From assembly GCA_048270185.1 (NCBI GenBank), contig JBLWTJ010000001.1, forward strand, positions 576,001-640,000: 64,000 bases of DNA, read 5' to 3'. Below, piece by piece: positions 60,162-64,000 of the stretch. The first letter of the stretch is position 1. Each line of letters starts with the position of its first letter. The position numbers and the translations under genes are program-made. Under the pieces are notes generated by a model that saw nothing but the letters and a program-made list of their open reading frames with translations, ran no database searches and was not told the DNA's origin. This stretch comes from Bacteriovoracaceae bacterium. GTDB lineage: Bacteria; Bdellovibrionota; Bacteriovoracia; Bacteriovoracales; Bacteriovoracaceae.

Positions 60162-61127
60162 TTACTTCTTATACTCTCTAAAAAATTTAGCTGTTCTTTC
60201 AATACCTTCGGCAAATGTAATCTTTGGTTGATAACCAAGCTCTGCAACACGGTCAATATTTGGACGACGACGCTTTGGATCGTCCTTTGGTAACTCTAAG
60301 TAAACAAGCTTTGAGTTTGAATCAAGTGCCTTTGTAATAAGTTCGGCAGTATCCTTAATTGTGTACTCATCAGGGTTACCAATATTGTATGGCATATGAT
60401 CACCTAGCATAAGAACGTGATCAATTGCATTAGCTAGATCAGTGACAAAACAGAAAGAGCGTGTCTGGCTCCCATCACCATAAACAGTAATGTCCTTACC
60501 TTCTAAGGCCTGATTGATAAAATTAGGAATCACTCTCCCATCATCAGGTCTCATACGTGGCCCATAAGTGTTAAAGATACGAATGATACGAGTATCAACT
60601 TCGTACTTACGACGATAAGTCATCGTTAAAGCCTCTGCATATCTCTTGGCCTCGTCATAACAACTACGTGGTCCAATTGGATTAACATGACCAACATATG
60701 TTTCAACTTGTGGGTGAATTTCTGGATCACCATAGACTTCAGAAGTTGAAGCTTCTAAGAAACGAGCACCATGATCTTTTGCAAGTTCTAAAAGGTGTTG
60801 AGTTCCGATTGAGTTAACCATCATGATTTCAAGTGGAATAACTTTGAAATCAATTGGAGAAGCAGGAGAAGCAAGAGAGAGAACAAAGTCAAATTTCACA
60901 TCACCAAAGTCAGGAAGACCTTTTATAATATCGCATTCAATAAAGTGAAAATTTTCATATTTTGATAGTATTTCAATATTCGACTTAGACCCAGTAATAA
61001 AATTATCTAAACCGTAAACAGTTGCTCCCTTATCAAGGTAAAGTTGAGCGACAGTTGATGGAACAAAGCCAGCTGCTCCTGCAATTAAGAATGTCTTACC
61101 AGTATGATCCATTGGTAATGCTTGCAT
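60162..61127 (-). CDS. UDP-glucuronate decarboxylase family SDR
   Basis: GAAGF, ASPASP, STSEVYGDP, YDEAKR, RIFNTYGPRM, DDPKRRRP. Confidence 0.93.
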   Translation of the reverse strand: MQALPMDHTGKTFLIAGAAGFVPSTVAQLYLDKGATVYGLDNFITGSKSNIEILSKYENFHFIECDIIKGLPDFGDVKFDFVLSLASPASPIDFKVIPLEIMMVNSIGTQHLLELAKDHGARFLEASTSEVYGDPEIHPQVETYVGHVNPIGPRSCYDEAKRYAEALTMTYRRKYEVDTRIIRIFNTYGPRMRPDDGRVIPNFINQALEGKDITVYGDGSQTRSFCFVTDLANAIDHVLMLGDHMPYNIGNPDEYTIKDTAELITKALDSNSKLVYLELPKDDPKRRRPNIDRVAELGYQPKITFAEGIERTAKFFREYKK

Positions 61128-61135
61128 GATAACTC

Positions 61136-62071
61136 CTATATATGATTTAAATTATTAATAACTTTTTCATCTGCTCGGTTGGCCAATTGTAACATTGTCG
61201 AAGCAAGCAGTAAAAGTCCACCACCAATAAGCTGAACAAGAGTTAGCTTTTGATTAAGAACAACCCAATTTATTATAACGGCAAAAAATGGGAATGACAT
61301 TTCAGCAATTGTACAAACTTTTGCCGAGACAAGTCCAAGGCCTCGGTAATAAAAGTACATCCCAAAGACACCTGAGATAAGGGCGAGAATACTCACCTTC
61401 CCCCATAGCTCTAATGGAAAATTAATGCCCTTACTTGAAGTGGCAACAAATGGAATAATCATCACAAGACCCACAAAGAAGCGCAATGACATGACTTCTT
61501 TTTCTTGCCAATTATTCTTCATGAGATACTTTCCAAAGACTGTTGCACTCCCCCAACTGATTACAGAAACAAGTGCTAAGCAGAGTCCATATAGTGAAGA
61601 GCCATCAAAACTCACCTTGCCAGTTTTAATCAGATTGATAGCACTCGAGATATCTTGGTAGCTTATAAGTAGCGCACCAGAAATGGCCACGGCGGCCCAT
61701 ATCATAAATTTCTTTGTCATTTTCTCATGCAAGATTAGATAAGCTAAGCTTAGTGCAATAAATGGCTGAAGCTTTTGTAATAAGATCACAAGAGAAGGAT
61801 TGATTAAGGCAAAAGACTTTGTGAAAGTTAAGGTTGCCACAGCTGATCCCATGGCCCCAATCATAAAGAAGCACAAGAATTCAAATCCAGTCATTTTCAA
61901 AATTTTCTTGCGAGCAACATAGAGAGTTGGAATGAAGAGAATCGTTAAAAATAAGTGCTCACCAAAGACGATGATTTCACTACTATTGAATTTATAAAGT
62001 AATGGATAGCGTATAAGGGTATCTAGCGCCCAAATAAAGCATGCAATTAATATAAATCCTAAACCTTTCAC
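61136..62071 (-). CDS. DMT/EamA family transporter
   Basis: Ten TM, LLQKLQP, duplicated EamA architecture. Confidence 0.88.
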   Translation of the reverse strand: MKGLGFILIACFIWALDTLIRYPLLYKFNSSEIIVFGEHLFLTILFIPTLYVARKKILKMTGFEFLCFFMIGAMGSAVATLTFTKSFALINPSLVILLQKLQPFIALSLAYLILHEKMTKKFMIWAAVAISGALLISYQDISSAINLIKTGKVSFDGSSLYGLCLALVSVISWGSATVFGKYLMKNNWQEKEVMSLRFFVGLVMIIPFVATSSKGINFPLELWGKVSILALISGVFGMYFYYRGLGLVSAKVCTIAEMSFPFFAVIINWVVLNQKLTLVQLIGGGLLLLASTMLQLANRADEKVINNLNHI

Positions 62072-63456
62072 TAGTTAAAATATCCTTGCATAAATTCATC
62101 AAAAGAAGCACGTGCTCGATCTGAAGCTAATTGTTTCTTAACTTTCTTGCGATTTTTACGATCTCTCCTTTGCTCCTTAGTAAGAGTGACAGGAGGCAGA
62201 AGTCCAAAGTTAATATTTGAAGGAACTGGTTTTGGTACAGTCATGACATAATTGATTAGGGCCCCAAGACCTGTCTCAACTGGAAATGGCTTAACTTCTT
62301 CGCCACGTAACTTCTTTAAGACTTGAAGACCGACATATTGTCCAATTGAAGCTGATTCAGTATAGCCTTCAACACCAGTAATTTGACCGGCGAAGTAAAT
62401 ATTTGGAAACTTCTTAACACTTAAGTCAAAATCTAAAAGCTTTCTTGAATTGATAAATGAGTTGCGGTGGACAGAGCCTAAATGGAGAAAGCTTGCATTT
62501 TCAAAACCTGGAATCTTTCTGAAAACACGATTTTGTTCAGGATACTTTAAACGTGTTTGGAAACCAACCATATTAAAGGCCGATCCAAGAAGGTTCTCAC
62601 GTCTTAATTGAACACATGCATATGGAAGACTCCCATCAGGAAGCTCAAGGCCAATTGGCTTCATACAAGAGAAGCGAGCTGTGTCCACACCTCTTTCGGC
62701 CATGATATCAACGGGAAGACATGACTCAAAGAATTTGTAATCTTCAAAGTTTTGAGCTGGAACTTTTTCAGCAGCAACAAGTTCTGCAATGAATTCCTCA
62801 TATTGTTCTTTATTCATTGGAGCATTGAGATAATCTGCTTGCTCACCTTCTTCTTCACTAACTGGCTTGTGGCGATCTTTGTAGTAAAGTTTTGAGTAAT
62901 CAAGACTATCACCATCAACAACAGGAGCAATGGCATCATAGAAGTAGAAGTCATCATCTGAGATATTCTTCATAATCCAATTCGAAAGTCCTTCAGTCGT
63001 TAGAGGGCCAGAAGCAATAACACATGCATCGGCACAATACTCGGCCATCAGCTCTTGTGGATCTTTTGCATCAGCGGCAACAACAGTAATAAGTGGATTA
63101 TTGTGTAGGCGATCTGTTACTTCTTGAGAGAAGGCATCACGATCAACAGCGAGGGCATCACCAGCTGGAACAGCATGGGTACGAGCACTATCTAGTATGA
63201 TTGAGCCAAGGGCATCCATTTCATATTTTAATAATCCGTGACCAGAAGCTGGATTCATCGACTTTAGTGAATTTGTACAAACGAGTTCCGCAAAGGCATC
63301 AATCTTTTGGGCCGGATTTTTCTTAACTGTTTTTGATTCGATAAGAATAACTTCAACGCCATGTTTTGCGAGAAAATTCGCGGACTCACTTCCGGCCATT
63401 CCTGCACCGATAACGATTACTTTCTTTGGACTTGCATCAAGATTTGCCAATTTCAA
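62071..63456 (-). CDS. trmFO: FAD/folate-dependent tRNA m5U54 methyltransferase
   Basis: GAGMAGSE, ELVCTNS, FYDAIAP, VGFQT, HRN, AGQITGVEGY. Confidence 0.96.
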   Translation of the reverse strand: MKLANLDASPKKVIVIGAGMAGSESANFLAKHGVEVILIESKTVKKNPAQKIDAFAELVCTNSLKSMNPASGHGLLKYEMDALGSIILDSARTHAVPAGDALAVDRDAFSQEVTDRLHNNPLITVVAADAKDPQELMAEYCADACVIASGPLTTEGLSNWIMKNISDDDFYFYDAIAPVVDGDSLDYSKLYYKDRHKPVSEEEGEQADYLNAPMNKEQYEEFIAELVAAEKVPAQNFEDYKFFESCLPVDIMAERGVDTARFSCMKPIGLELPDGSLPYACVQLRRENLLGSAFNMVGFQTRLKYPEQNRVFRKIPGFENASFLHLGSVHRNSFINSRKLLDFDLSVKKFPNIYFAGQITGVEGYTESASIGQYVGLQVLKKLRGEEVKPFPVETGLGALINYVMTVPKPVPSNINFGLLPPVTLTKEQRRDRKNRKKVKKQLASDRARASFDEFMQGYFN

Positions 63457-63572
63457 CCTCTTTAATATTCTTTATTTGTCGTATAGACCTTATATATGGA
63501 AACATGCTATAAAGTCCATTAATTACACGTATTTAAACATAAAATATGAAAATCTAGCACAGAGATAACGCA

Positions 63573-64000
63573 ATGCAAATCATCATTCATCAAACAGATC
63601 ACACCATTGGTAACTTTACACAGATTTACAAATACATAGAGGATCTTGTTCACTCAGATGACTTCCGTGGTCACATTCATATTTTCCCAGAAGACTTCCT
63701 TGTCGGTTATCCTCTTCAAGATCTTGTCCTACAAAAATCATTTATCCGTGAGTACCACAAGTTCCTAGATGCTCTTAGAGCATTATTTGAAGAGATCAAA
63801 CTTGATGAAGATACGGCCCTTTTAATGGGTGGTCTTCGCTACGAACTTGATGAGCAAACACAAATTCCATCAAATATTTACAATATTGTTTTCGAAGTAA
63901 AGAAGGGTTCAATCCTAAAAGATATTTATACCAAGTGCCTTCTACCTGATTACGATATTTTTGATGAAACCAAGTACTACACACCTGGAAAGTCTCCAAC
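63573..64000 (+). CDS. nadE: Glutamine-dependent NAD+ synthetase, N-terminal CN-hydrolase domain (runs off the window)
   Basis: MQIIIHQ..., FPEDFLVGYPLQDL, KCLLPDYDIFDETKYY; open to the window end. Confidence 0.8.
   Translation, partial: MQIIIHQTDHTIGNFTQIYKYIEDLVHSDDFRGHIHIFPEDFLVGYPLQDLVLQKSFIREYHKFLDALRALFEEIKLDEDTALLMGGLRYELDEQTQIPSNIYNIVFEVKKGSILKDIYTKCLLPDYDIFDETKYYTPGKSP

Noticed and set aside
1882..63999. Many 60-115 aa ORF-track entries nested in or antisense to long genes (e.g. 1882-2136, 20929-21243, 31971-32261, 42832-43167, 58322-58669, 63796-63999)
   Set aside because: Shadow ORFs of well-supported genes, with no RBS or motif support

Overview
AT-rich (about 36% GC by eye), gene-dense bacterial chromosome segment with about 60 CDS. 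I found no rRNA, tRNA, CRISPR array, integrase or transposase. Gene content suggests a predatory Bdellovibrionota such as Halobacteriovorax (inference): a fused ccoNO, type III glutamine synthetase, many secreted hydrolases and orphan secreted proteins. Recognisable loci are an FNR-ccoI-ccoS-ccoNO-ccoQ-ccoP-ccoG-DsbD_2 cbb3-oxidase cluster, GSIII, a Prx-Grx hybrid, S41/M61/S8 peptidases, two endonuclease I paralogues, a VxrAB-like two-component pair, cobB, thiolase, fabH, trmFO and a partial nadE. The most notable unexplained features are: (1) a three-gene operon of two GNAT-like and one HxxxDG acyltransferase; (2) a TolQ/ExbB channel paired with an ExbD-type helix fused to a MIDAS vWA domain, followed by SLT and PilZ genes; (3) strong over-representation of GGCC; (4) a 34-bp perfect inverted-repeat element after an unannotated 39-aa membrane ORF ending the cco operon; (5) a secreted protein with pore-former-like architecture. 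All family calls come from motif recognition by eye, not from database searches.
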